Origin: Lingula anatina
Lineage: Eukaryota; Animalia; Brachiopoda
Direction: 5' to 3'
Assembly (NCBI GenBank): GCA_051362555.1
Contig: CM120648.1
Coordinates: forward strand, 5,266,587 to 5,330,586
Length of the DNA: 64,000 nucleotides
Part shown: positions 51,378-64,000 of the stretch, piece after piece
How the letters are laid out: every line of letters begins with the position of its first letter
Position numbering within the stretch: position 1 is the stretch's first letter
Position numbers and translations under genes: made by a program
Notes under the pieces: generated by a model
Told to the model about the DNA's origin: nothing
What the model saw: the letters and a program-made list of their open reading frames with translations, nothing else
The model's database searches: none

Positions 51378-53814
51378 TTTGTCACATGTATACATACATA
51401 CATGTGCAATGAACAAAAATATATATGAATAATACGTAGGCATCTGTATATGTTTTACCTGCCTCAATAGTGTTGAGATTATAGTCTAATTTGAAGAGCT
51501 ACAATGGGACTTATGGGTTTGCCGAGGTGTGTATGTGTGCGGGGAGGGGGGATACACGATCACAAGATTTTGCGTCGCTTCGCTCAGCGCATATGAAACG
51601 ACGTGCAAAGACAACTTCACCGTACATAATATACACGACACAGGACGTGAAAAGTGATTTTTTCCGGCTCGTATTGCTTTTTTGCGATCTCCTTTTCACG
51701 AGGCACTATAATCCCAGACATGTCATCAAACTTCTTTCGTTCCTAGTACTTTTGTTTTCCCGTCTTTTTACACCGGGCAACAACACCCCCCACTCTCACG
51801 GCAAATTCCGCCCTTAGCTAACCTTCATTAAGTCTTTCCTTACTGCGCATATTTTCCAGTCATCACTAATGAAGGTTCTTCAAAATAATGATCAATATAA
51901 ACTATGCTAATAAGAAGAGCAGATGAACATCAAGATTCTTCGTTTCCTTTTATTTCGTATAACAAGACTAATTAACAACAACAAAAAAAGGATATCTTCA
52001 TAATCGTAAAAAGAAGTTTTTTTTAAATTGAAACTGGAATTTTATTCAAAATGGCAGTAATCAATTGTGAAACATTAAACATCTTTATCTGTATTAGTGA
52101 CACACGGTCACTGCAGAAGAAGATTATCTGGGCTTAATTTGAGGTCTTAGATCCCATGCACTTACAACACCAACTGATATTAATATTGTATTGGAAATCA
52201 CGCAGAGGGAACAGTCGTCCTTTTGAAATAAAATGGTAACATCTTTCTCGGAAAAAAATTACATATGAAGGGCTACTTTATAGAAAACAACATAATGTGA
52301 CAACGCCACTGACATTGAAAAATACTAATGAAATGAAAGGCAATGAAAAACATTGTTACCCGCCTTTATGCTAACGTACAGCTAACGAGCATGTCAAAAT
52401 GAATCGCAGACAAATTAACTTCATCACACTGGTTGTCAGGTCTCACGATGATAATGTTTATAAAGGAAACAACCCACGAATCAAGATGAGAAAAATAACT
52501 ATCTGAAAAAACACACTGTCTAAAACCTTCTTTAAAATATTCACTGTATACCGCCACGTGTCAGTTTTCATACCATATCAGATAATCTTTATTGCAATGT
52601 CAATCTTCATTTGAACTGTTTTTTATTTATTTATTATTAATATTTGTGTATATATGCACATTGTAAACACACCCTATCTCCAGATGCGCACGGTGACAGC
52701 CATGTGTATCATGTGTCCACGATTGGATTATCACTTACAGAAACTCTGGAGTGGCAATCATTGTGGATTGTGCCCCATTCACGTTGAATCTTACGTCCAC
52801 AATATTGGAGACACAGCTTACCCGTCATTTTCTGTAGGTTCAAGGACATTCAAGCAAGCAAACATTTAAGCTAATATGATGTAGAGAATCTCACGCAGAG
52901 TGCTTAGATGTATTAGTTTATGTAGCACGGCATTCGTAAATGTAATATCCACAGGTCATAATGCACATTGAATAATGATGATGGTGATGATGATGATGAC
53001 GATGAAGATAACTGTTAACTGAGCTGTGAATATTACATTGCCACATTTGCCAGCTGTCTGCGCTACATAATACATAATAGACATATAATGTGAAACCAAA
53101 TAAATAAAGTAGATATAAAAAAAAAGCAAATGCGCTTGATAGGCAATGTTTACCATTATTCAGGTTTTGTATCTAACAGTGTATGGAGTTACGGGAAAGG
53201 AAATTTGGGATCCGGCTCAATGTGATTATTCAACTATCAATGGCAGTTTCCTGCAAAGACTATTTCGTTCAAAGATTTGCCGTTTTAAGACGCCTAGAGA
53301 ATGGGTGCTCAAGAGGACCTCAAAAAGTGATAAACTAAGAAGACGGGTTTGTGTGCGCGCGTCCGCGCGTTAATGTGCGAGCTTCCCATGCCTGGAGATT
53401 TATATATATTACAGGTAATATTATAAACCGCAATCTTACTGCACCTCTTAGACATTTTGAAACAAAAAAACGCAGTTGCGTTGTTCAGTAGCGGAGTTGT
53501 AAATCTGAACATGAAATACCACGATAATGTTTTTACTCGGGATGACTTAGATGGGCAAAGTGAACAACTATCATTTATTTATAAATCAAATGCCATACAA
53601 TATTCAGAAATCACATGCTACGAATGTTGTTTTCTCAGTTCAGACAAGTATCCCTTCATCGATTCATTCGTAACCAAGGCTTCTAAGAACAATGTGAAAA
53701 TAATCATTCGTTAGCGACTTGGTTGGGAGACCCAGGTTTAATTGTCCGACAACGTTTTATTCACAAAATAACACAAAATTACGTAGTACATATGACTATT
53801 TTGATAACATCTGA

Positions 53815-54125
53815 GCTTACCTTTGTGTCATTTTGATCGCGGACACAGCCACCGGTATTAATGCACAGCAGTTTTTCTGCCAGCTTCCTCAGTAGTCATT
53901 TCTGTTATTCTGTTATATGCGCAAAAGTGCCCCAGCAAATCTTATGGTAAAATCAGTGATTTTATTGGTTCTGTATCTAGACGTGTTGATTGGTCGAATC
54001 CGGCGCGCGCCTGGACAAGAAAAGGTCGAAAGGTCGCCTAGAGAGCTTGTTTTCTGGAGCACCAGTGTGCTGATGATATAACCGTCCGTTATGACGCGTT
54101 GATTGGACAATCATGCCGCTTGGTG
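53815..54125 (-). promoter_or_regulatory. Candidate promoter and first non-coding exon of the NIT-GC gene
   Basis: CpG-rich patch (ccggcgcgcgcc), two CCAAT boxes on the minus strand (about 53989 and 54102) and a strong minus-strand donor AAG|GTAAGC at about 53820. Another UTR-type donor lies at about 50548. Confidence 0.35.
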
Positions 54126-54610
54126 CGTGCTTTGTGTGTCGTCTTCATAGAAATACTTCGTTTGTCAGCAAGGTTTGAAACAAGATTGCAATATATTGCT
54201 GTAGTTTTATTACGCTTTTTTTTTTCGATTCAGCGTTATCATTCTACTTGTATTGTTTACTTGGAAATACAAACTTGTTAATTAGAATCCTTGGAAACGT
54301 GCGGGTTGTTAATCCTCCACAGCTACATGAATGCTCAGTCCACTCAAATCTTTACAAATGGTTGCCATGCCTCCCAGTAAACAATATCCTCGAAGGGGGG
54401 GTAGAAAGAACAACCTTGTTTTCGGGAAAAGGTCTTTTCTGGGCAATATTTATTCCAGATTCAAAAAATGTTTCATGGTAAAAGGTTCGCATCTGCATTT
54501 AAAAAGAGTGCACAGAAAGCGAAGAGGATTCTCGACGCTCGCCCAAACATCGTTTGCCGAAATTGGGCTCGTCCGTATTGTCTGTTGTGGCGTTTGACGT
54601 CGTTGGTTAG

Positions 54611-54642
<32 letters not shown>

Positions 54643-54644
54643 CG

Positions 54645-54811
54645 CAGGGGCGGATTGAGGCATTCTTCTGGGTCTTTCGGAAGACGGTCAGATTTTCAAG
54701 TTTACATTGACATGTATCCATTTTTTAAGTCGGAAGACGGTCAAAAATGGAAGATGGATAAACAAAGATAGTTTGGAAGACTGTCAGAAAATATCTCTAG
54801 ATCCGCCCCTG
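54645..54811. mobile_element. hAT-like MITE
   Basis: TIR caggggcggat/atccgcccctg with internal ggaagac repeats. Confidence 0.7.
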
Positions 54812-55223
54812 GGTCGGGCTGTCAGGTTGCTCATTGGACACACAGGTCTCTCGTAGTTCCATAGAAAAAATTCAGGTTTTGTCGTTCAGAGGCGGCCACT
54901 TTTTTCTTAGTTTTGGCAACCATGGCATCCTGGCCATATTTGTGGTCTTAGAATGGGGACAAAGGGATCGTAGCTCAGTGTAAAAGGGCCTTTATTTTGC
55001 ACAGTGGCCAGTTGTGTAGAAATACCTAGAAGAAGGTGAGAAGCCTAACACACTCTAAAAGCTGCCTTCAACTCTGCGGGGGGCGCTGCCAAAACACACG
55101 TCCTCAGAGGCCCAGCTCTGAATCATGTTATTTTGGTAAAGTGGAATTCAACTAGGGCCTAAGCCGACCACCCACAACACGTATTGAAGGTAGCTAACAA
55201 GTCTACTTTAGTATTGCCAAAAC

Positions 55224-58200
55224 CAAGGAGTTATAACAGAAGGAGATTACACGCAAGCCTCTCTATTGTCCGATGTCTGTTACGGTGGGCGGAGCTAGCT
55301 ACGGGGGGCCTCCTGTCTCAAGGTTTCGTCTGGGTCGCTCTCCTCCGCTTGGAGATTGATTTTATATGCGTTATTTCGCGTTAGAGTTCGAGATCAGTAG
55401 TGTCAAAGCGGCGCTGTATGCTGACGATTTTTTTCACAGGTAGTTATTTGGACGATGTGCTGGGAGGGAACGATATCATAGAAAGCGATTATAAGGTGGT
55501 GACTGATGATGGTCGCCATGAGTTTTTTTTGAGTCGGTGATAGATGGCTTTTCTTTTGCACAACAGTGAAAAATCACCAAGGATAAGTCAAAAGAAAACG
55601 TCCCAACTGTGGTTTGTGAAAATGACATTCAAGTGAACGTCTGTCCTCACTGCCAAAGAACATAATATTAATACATAAACGTTTGGACCCTCCTGCCCTT
55701 GGGTCCCATAAACATATACATTGAGACAGTGCCTAAGCTTTGTGACTGGTTTTAAATTTCTTTAAGTATTTTTTTCTCTCACTCGGTATAATTTTAATAT
55801 CATAATGCATTAAAGTGAAATTTTAATCAAAGGTTGAGGCAATGCCACGACATGCCAGTTAACTAAATACTCGTTATAAATTTCTTTATCTTGGAAATCT
55901 CCCTTTTTTTCAGGATTATTTTGACACATACTAACACTTCATATTTGTCGGTAAACAAGTACACAGTGCTAAACATTAAGAATAATTTTTATTCATTCAT
56001 AAATATATTTATGTACAAAATATATCAGAAATTTTAGTATTAACTGAGCTTTTTAAAGTGAAACAAATAAAGATGAGAATTTTGAATTTCAAACTATTAT
56101 TTACTATATTAACTTAAAATATCTTTTAAGTCAACTCTATACTCAAGCATCATGAGTAAAACCATTTTATTATATCAACAGAAGAACAAAAACAAAATTT
56201 TACACATAAGCAGTAATTAATGAAGTCATAAGAATGACTAAGTTGCTATGGTTTTCCAGTTTTATGCAGTCTATGTTGGCATTTTTTTCAACCGTGCAAA
56301 TAGAAATAATTATATTCTTTTTTATCTGACTTGCTGATACCAGTCTGTGCCAGATACTATTCCACTCACAGGCCAGCAAGGTCTGAGAATCTAATGGGCT
56401 GAATGAAAAAAAACCCCTAGAAGATAAAGTGGCTAATTCTTACAAATAGGATAAAAAACATGGGATTTTCAAAAGGTTATTATAAATCAAGACAACACTT
56501 AGTAAGAACATTTATAAAATGAACTGGAGTACATGTTACAGCTGAAAAAATTAACTGGGCCAGTAAGTGACTGCTTTAAAGAAATTTCACTGAAACAGTC
56601 CAAATTTTACTGGCAATCAAGTAGACTGTTATACCATGGCACTCAACAAATTATATATAGGTTTTGAATTTTTTTCCACGTGACAGTAACATATAATTTA
56701 TGTCAACTTTTGAAAGGTATAGAGTCAGTTAGGTGACTGAAAATATTTTAAAATGTCATGAAGGAGCACTATTAATTTAATGCAATCTCTGTTGGCCAGT
56801 CTTATCCAGTTTCTTCTCCAAAAAGGACAACTCAAGTGAGAATTTCTTCAGGGCCTTTTCTTCTGCCTGCCAATGCCATGCCACTCAGAAAAGAGAGAAA
56901 CCTGTAGGTTAGAAAAAAAACATAATAATAGCATTATGAACTACTAGTATCCATGAAGACATTATGGAATTACGCAGTGAAGTTTTGACTTGACTGAAAT
57001 AATGTTCACCACATAAATGAACAATTTACAACTAAATTTATATAGAATATCAAGATTCATGATCACAAGCTAATAACCCCAAGAAATTGAAAGAAATTGT
57101 ACTTAGTACAAGAAATTATTTAAATCCACCCTGGTTACTACTCTTCTGACAGGACAAAAAGGGGATTTCAGAGAGGCTGGTTGCTAAAAGGAAAATGCCC
57201 AAGGTTGTTGTATTTTGAAAAAAATTTAAAAAAGGGTACTGTTGTTAGTGAATGTTTAATGCATTGTAGGCATTATGACAAAAGTAACTTACCCCAGACA
57301 CACTGACCTCCTTTTTTCATTGACATTTTAAAATTTTTTCCAGCCTGACCATAATTCATGTATTCAATGCAGCCTTCTCCCATATCTATAATAGAATAAA
57401 AAAAAACTTGAGTAGTGTTAAGATAAGCATGTAAAATCCATTATCAATTTTGAGAGAATTTCTGTTTCAACACTGCAAGATGAAATATTTACTTTCAAGT
57501 AATGAATAAACCTTAATAGAGTTCTATTCTTTTGTAACCACCAAGGCAAAGCTTCTTTCTTAAAATGAACAGAAATATCCAAGCTTGCCACCTAACATGC
57601 CAAATTAGTGAAGTATAATTAAAGTAGAGAAGCAAGTACCCCTTAATTATAGAGGTGTCTTACACAATAAGGTGTGTCTTACACACCTTGACTCAATGGG
57701 AGATGTGTAGTGAGATAACAGGTTAAGTAATTGGTATGTCCTAGGTGAACTTAAAACCTTTAGACTTTAAATTAAAAGCACCAGGATTCATATGTGTTCT
57801 TTTTTCAAAGGTTTAATATAAATTAAAACACATATATGTAAAAAGAAGACTAAATAAGTTAAAAATAACTATGCCATGAAGTCAAACTTCCTGTTAGACC
57901 GCCATGATGGAAAATGCTGGGTGGAGGCAAAATTTTCCAGTCAAAAAAACTGAGCACTTTACTTTAACAACAAAGTTACCACTCCAAAGCCACCCACCAT
58001 GGTGAGAAGAAAAATGATGACCAACTGTCATGATAAGTCTTTTTAGATTTAAACATGAAAAAGGTAAAGGCCAAAATGGTACATTTACCCATAACACTAG
58101 AGTAAAAAATTGGTATTCTGAACAAATCAGGTTATTTTTTTCAAGAAGTATTGGAGCAGTATCCATGCAATATATACCACGCCACGACCAAGATGTTCAA

Positions 58201-59066
58201 GAATCTAAACACACCAAATTTTTTTATAATCTTGCATTTGAAAAGTGCAAAAAGCGGTAAGGCTTTTGGCCGTAACAAGCGTAACACTTTTTGATCGGAA
58301 CTCATGAAAATTGTCAATTGTCGTATCCAAGCTAGACCACATGTAAAATCGCAAAAAAAAAAAACAATACTGCTCAAGCAAGTGTGTTGCATACATAACA
58401 ATTAGTTAAATTTTATGACTGTCATGTGACACAAGTTTCAAAAAGTAGGAGGAAAATGTCTTTTGGAGTAATTTTTTTTCGAAATATTAACAAGATGGCG
58501 GCTTAAGCATCTGCTTGTTATTCGGCTACTGAAAGTGCACCTAAGTTTTATTCTTTGCTATTGCCACAAATTACTTAACAATTGCAACTGTATAAAGACC
58601 AAACTTTCTTCATCTGATACTATATTTATAGGCACTTGTTATGAGTGGGAAATATTTTTTGTGCAATATTTATTCTCCACACACCACCTCGCGAGATCAA
58701 CGTGTAGCTGGACACTTACACAGTGAGACCCTACGACATAAAAGTTGCAATTTATCTTCATATTTCGTGTAGTTATGCATTTAAAAGCACTTACCTGTTT
58801 TTTGAAAACCTTGTCCAACGTAATATCATATAAATTCTGTAATTCTCTCATTTTAAGAAACTTTTGACTGCGTTTCTGTTTGTGTCCTCTCCAAACGACA
58901 GACGAAGGCATCTATTCTGACAAACGAGATTTAAACGAGAGTAACAATTAAGCGTAAAAGAGATAGGCATCCATTGTTCTCTAGGTTCTATTCATTCCGA
59001 CCAATGAGAGACCGTAATACGGGCTCCACCCCCACGCGTGTAATCTCCTTCTGTTATAACTCCTTG
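55224..59066. mobile_element. 3.8-kb TIR DNA transposon (P-superfamily-like termini), no intact transposase
   Basis: Perfect 31-bp TIR caaggagttataacagaaggagattacacgc at both ends. Flanks ccaaaac/cccaaac form a 7-bp TSD with one mismatch. The superfamily is inferred from CAAGG termini and TSD length only. Confidence 0.82.
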
Positions 59067-61112
59067 CCCAAACCAATTAAAACTGGCAATTTTGAAGTCA
59101 ATGGATGTTTTCTTCTTCGTCTTTATCCAATCGAATGAATAAAGATTACATTGCCTTTGTCTACATGTAGATGTGTTCCTTTTTAGGCCTTAAGGATAAA
59201 GGTCATCTGACTTGAATGATTGCGCAACCTTTCAATGACAGCCATTTAATTACTATCATTGCATTAACTCCACGTCAACATGCATGTCTTATCCTTTGTG
59301 GTTCACAGTCTACTTCTGGTAAACGTATAAGAAGTTCTAGTACACAAAACGAACTACTCGTATACATAAGGGTTTAGAAGCTTGTCATTTTCCGAATGGA
59401 TTGAACTTTATAAAACACAGTGATCTGTAACACAGACGATTCCGCTGATATTTACAGAAAAATCAAAATTGATTTGTTATTGTATTTTTAGCATGTTTCA
59501 ACCATAAGCCATTTCTATCTTGCGAAACGGGAGCTGCAGATAGATCGATCTAAATTCTATGGGAATGGGGTCTAAGGTATTGTTGAGACATTACACTTAC
59601 GTTTACAAAATTAAGACAAAATGTGCAGTGGTTCATGATCAAACTTAAATGGCAGCTGACGGTCTAAAATGTAAGACTGACGTACGTTTTTATTTTATTT
59701 TTTTTTGTTTGTTTGTTTGTTTGTTTGTTTGTTTGTTTTTTTTTTAAACCAGAGTCGCTAGTTCATTCATTCAAGTGTAAGCTACGGATGTAGTTTGTCA
59801 TTCAGACTTATGTTTTTGGTCCAAAACAGTAATAAAAAGAAACTTTCGTATTGAGTTATTTTGGAAAACGGGGTCAGATATATTTGAAAGCGCTGCCTGT
59901 ATGTATATGTGTTATATGTATGTGTGTATGTGCCTATGTATCGCCCGTTATACTTATTTGGATGGGGGGGGGGGGGGGAGAAACGTCCTGGAAGTTGGGA
60001 AGGGACTAGTGCCCGTTACGCCGTTCCTTCAAATCATTGAACGCTATGGACTTGTTTTCTTATATTAGTGATTGCCTGCGAGGACGCAGGTGAACGACAG
60101 TTCCTGTCTTACTAATAAAACCCATAATTCTCATATCGGTTAACCGATAACCGGAGAAGACCGGGTTCATAAAAGAACTGGGTAGTCTTAACTTACGGCT
60201 GAACATCTAGAGCTTATTGGAGGGAAGCTCATCTGAAACGTGGTAGACTCAGAAACAGTGAATATTAATTTGCCAAATATATCCTTATGCCCTTCAATGC
60301 GTCCAACACCCTTTAATCTGTAAGGCCTCAATCACATCGAGAAGAGCCGATGCTGTACAAAGCCGAGAACTAAAAATGGCGGACTCCCTGCGGGGGTACA
60401 GTCATTAAATCTCGGCTCCATTGGGACGACGCGTGGGGAGGCGTGTGAGAGGCGGAGAGACTATCAAAGGATTAGGCGGTTTTCCTTTCATGTACATCCG
60501 CCATATTAAAGTTCTCGGCTTTGTAGAGCCTCGGCTCTTTTCGATGTGAATGCGGCCTAAGGTGATTGCACAAATCCCAAATAAGACTTCAGTAATGCGT
60601 TTGAAAGTTAAAACCAACTAGCTGCTTGGGTTCCTTAGCGAGGCTTGCTAATTTTGTGCACGCAGCACCTGGGTTTTTAATCAAGTGTAAATTGCATGCA
60701 GTGGTGTTGGATAACTCTGAGTTCTTTGTCATATATTTAATAAACGCATATATATTAGGTGGCAGTGCAGTTCAGCGGAAAATACAGAAGTGACAAGCAG
60801 AACGTGCAGTGTGCGGTAAACGAAATAGGTATATCGCTGAAGAGTTTCATTTGCTATGTGTTAATGCCAATATAATGCAGATTCAGTGAATCATAGATTC
60901 ATCAGTGATCTTGTAATTGATAAAATAGGTAAGTTTTTACGACACTTGTGACCACGCTTGATAGGTGCTGTCAACGAAATTATCGGATCTAGTAAATATC
61001 TAACCTTTAAACTTGTGAAATAGCGATCGTTCTTGAAACAATGAATCTAGCGAATTGTCTATAGAAAATGTTTTATTTTTGATCTAATTTTATTAGTTAA
61101 TTAATTTATTTT

Positions 61113-61154
<42 letters not shown>

Positions 61155-62367
61155 TTGAATGATTATTTTTGTACTTATGTCATGGACTTGTCTTTTTCTC
61201 AGAAAGCTTCAGTGTGTGGTATAATCCATGACAATCTTTCTATGAAACATAGTATATGTTATTTTGACTTAGGTCTACAGTTAAAATATCAATGGATAAA
61301 TATTCATTTGTCGCCTGTACCATTTAGAATAACTTAATAATGATACGAAAATTTCCTTTGAGTATCCCGGGGGAAAACTTTAGTTCCTGAACCAAGGTAA
61401 TGATGTTAAACTCGGACTGGCGTTTACGCAAAGTTGACGCGGCTGTTTCCTTAGCGGGTTATTTTTGAACAAAAAATTTGGTCCATATACCTAAATAAGT
61501 CGGTTATTGAGTAAAACGTAGTTACAACAATTGGAATTCAGAAGAATTAGAATGAAAAAAAAAACGAGAAAAAATATTTTATAGAGTATAACATTTTTGT
61601 TACAAACAATGTAGAGAGTGAGAAGGCAAAATTTCGTCCCATGATTTTCTTTTAAACAGGACTAAGGGCAAATTTGTACCGTTGATTTAAAAACGGCCCG
61701 TTAGCCAAAGCAGGCTAGAAAACATGTTTATTTAAAAACGGTTGCTATAATATTATATAATGTTTTCGACAGTATTTGTCTTCGGAAAAAGTATGGTTAA
61801 TTTGATGACGTCATGGCAGCGGCTTTGAGGTGATAATGCTATTTTCGTCTTCTTGGTGTTTTCAACAACATGTACTTGGACTTGTCTTAGAAAAAATTAT
61901 GGTAAACGAGCAGCGACTGTCTGTAAACAAAGTCGGTAGACGAGATGTATTTGTGCTTTAAACATGTGATGTTCAAGAGCATAAAGGCTAATTTTCCGGG
62001 TACATGTAGGGCGTTGTTTTTTAAGGGTGTGGACTAATAAACTTTTAAGAGCATAAAAAAAGCAGGGGTCAGCAATAGGGTTTGAACTAGGCACAATCAT
62101 ATATTTCAAATCAATACCAATTTTTTATTCATTAAAAATAGATGTGCAAAAATTTCTGATTTCTCAAGTATTTTTTATTTATAAGTGTATGTTCATGTTT
62201 TTCATTGTGTTTTTACTCACTTCGACCTGTTATTTAAATCAACACACCAAAATGAGCAGGACATTCATGCTTTTGCATGAACAGTCAGCACTAACCGGGA
62301 AGCAGAACATAACACTTCATATTTCAGTTTTCAGTGAACTTTCCCTTGGTCGCCATATTCACGAGAG

Positions 62368-62554
62368 ATGGCGTGGTTTGGCAAGAGTAGCAAGATAGCC
62401 CCAAAAGATGACACTTCTATGAAGTCCATACATAGTGCTTTGTCCCATCATGTCGGGACGGAGACACCGGATTCAATGACACCCTCACAGCTTGATGCCG
62501 CCATTTTGGAGATGTTGAATGTCACGCCGACCACGCTGCAGTCGGCTTGCGCAG
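62368..62554 (+). CDS. First coding exon of an unidentified gene (continues downstream)
   Basis: Acceptor ttttcag at about 62334, ATG at 62368, open frame MAWFGKSSKIAPKDD...SACA and a strong donor CAG|GTGAGT at 62554. A candidate upstream non-coding exon has its donor TAG|GTAAGT at about 60928. No domain recognised. Confidence 0.55.
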
Positions 62555-62986
62555 GTGAGTGTCTCTTGAAAAAAGATGGGCCTCGATGCCAGTATCCCCC
62601 GCGCGTTTTCAGAGTTTTGGTACTTAGGTTTTGGTACTGCCCTATAAACTAAAGGATGATTCATTTTTAGTGTTCTTTTTTTATTATTTCAGTTATGTAC
62701 TTTTATTCACACCTCCTTCTTCTCCTTTGGCTTTCGGCTTTGAACCCTCTCTTTTACGGAAGGATTGCTCAAATTTTTAGAAATAATGATAACCTTGGTC
62801 ATTCCTGGAGTGAACAATTAGTAAGAAGTTTACAAAAAAAAAATCAATGGAATATAAGAGATATTTTTCAAAGTCATTACATAACTGATTTAAAAAATTT
62901 GGTAAATGTAATGTAATTAGTGGGGTGGGGGCATACTGCACAAGCCCCAGGGTGTAATACGTCCACTTCATCATTATGTGTGCTTA

Positions 62987-63571
62987 AGCCTCGATTACAT
63001 TTGACATGCGATGCCCGTACAGCGCTCGTACACTGCCAATAAATCCCTTTTCGTGCGGTAGGACTGTGCGTAGGCGGGCGGTGGCCGTGCGAGATCGCAC
63101 GAAATCGTACGGATTCAAGGGTTCCGTAGCCTCAACGATTTTGTAAAGCTTGAATATTTGACAAATTTCGAAATTCGTGAGCCCATTGGTCGTACCATTA
63201 TCGTAGATAGCAGTTCTCGTACGGGTACTGTTCGGTGAACATGCGGTGATCGTGATAATGGTTGCACCTGTTGTTGGTCTCTTTCCCTTCCCCCTTTACT
63301 GGTTTCATGCATGTGGCATAACAATAGTAAAGGTGTTTAACCGACAACATGTATGTATTCAAGGAAGCCAAACGGAAGGCGTACGGCAAATACACTGAGA
63401 TTGAAAAGGTTCCGCACGATCACCTTCAAACCGTGACAAAAAGGTTATATCGAAGAAATGGCAAGGCACCTTTACGTAAAGTCAACGTACTCGCTGCAGC
63501 TGTTAAAAAGTCATACAGAAAATCGTATACGATTTCATCGTACGGTGCCCGTGGCAATTGTAATCTAGGCT
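62987..63571. mobile_element. PIF/Harbinger-like MITE
   Basis: Imperfect TIR agcctcgattacatttgacatg..cccgtac / gtacggtgcccgtggcaattgtaatctaggct, with flanks tta/tga. Confidence 0.7.
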
Positions 63572-64000
63572 TGATTGTCAGTAATTTTAGAGAATTACAT
63601 GTAGATTACTTTCAGGAGGCCTTACAAGTTTAATGTTGTCAGATGGCAGTTTAAAGGCCGCATTTGTAAGCAGTAGGACACTGGCGATTACAGGGATTAA
63701 ATTACTGTCAGGGCTGCAGAGATTAAAAAAAAGTGGAGAGTGTAGGGTTTCATTCAGAACAGGGGACTCACAGATCCGCAGAGCAAATATGGCCGTCCCA
63801 CTTGAATGCTTGTTGCGTAATCCCCGCAGGAAATCTATTCAGTGTCTAATCCTGAATTAAGCGACAAGCTTTTTAGTGGGTCGCCATATTTTATCTGTGG
63901 ATCTGTTAATCCACTGTTCCGAATGTTCTAGGACAGAAAAGGTTCACCCCTCTTCATTCCATCTGATAAATAGCCGTCCAGTACATAGGCTGACCAGACT

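Noticed and set aside
54963-54990. tRNA A-box-like gtagctcagtg (also about 44337-44360)
   Set aside because: No B-box or cloverleaf follows.
56885-56887. In-frame TGA in the TE cargo exon as selenocysteine
   Set aside because: No SECIS or redox motif is evident; decay inside a non-autonomous element is simpler.
63617-63860. Possible second exon of the plus-strand gene (ORF 63633-63860)
   Set aside because: An acceptor and open phase exist, but the peptide is unrecognisable and the donor is ambiguous.

Overview
Eukaryotic, AT-rich, intron-rich genomic DNA, probably from a marine invertebrate (inferred from the gene content). Most ORFs in the track are spurious. The real genes were rebuilt by hand from GT-AG exons with consistent phases. 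(1) A minus-strand tandem array of three NRF-6/OACYL-type genes (signal peptide + NRF domain + Acyl_transf_3 multi-TM domain): the 5' part of a diverged copy A (444-4153) and two complete, recently duplicated 18-exon copies, B (6269-20023) and C (22702-33522). (2) A minus-strand 11-exon membrane guanylyl cyclase with a TM-NIT-TM-coiled coil-cyclase layout (39823-50282, about 723 aa), in which the second catalytic Asp is replaced by Glu. (3) The first coding exon of an unidentified divergently oriented gene (62368-62554). The introns and intergenic DNA hold many non-autonomous DNA transposons: a 3.8-kb P-like element and its one-armed derivative, a 3.5-kb TA-flanked CAGT...ACTG element with nested MITEs, and Harbinger-, hAT- and MULE-like MITEs, plus microsatellites. 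Aligning B with C shows a destroyed splice acceptor, a relic exon from a distant paralog, and repeated TA->TACATGTA insertions resembling transposon excision footprints.
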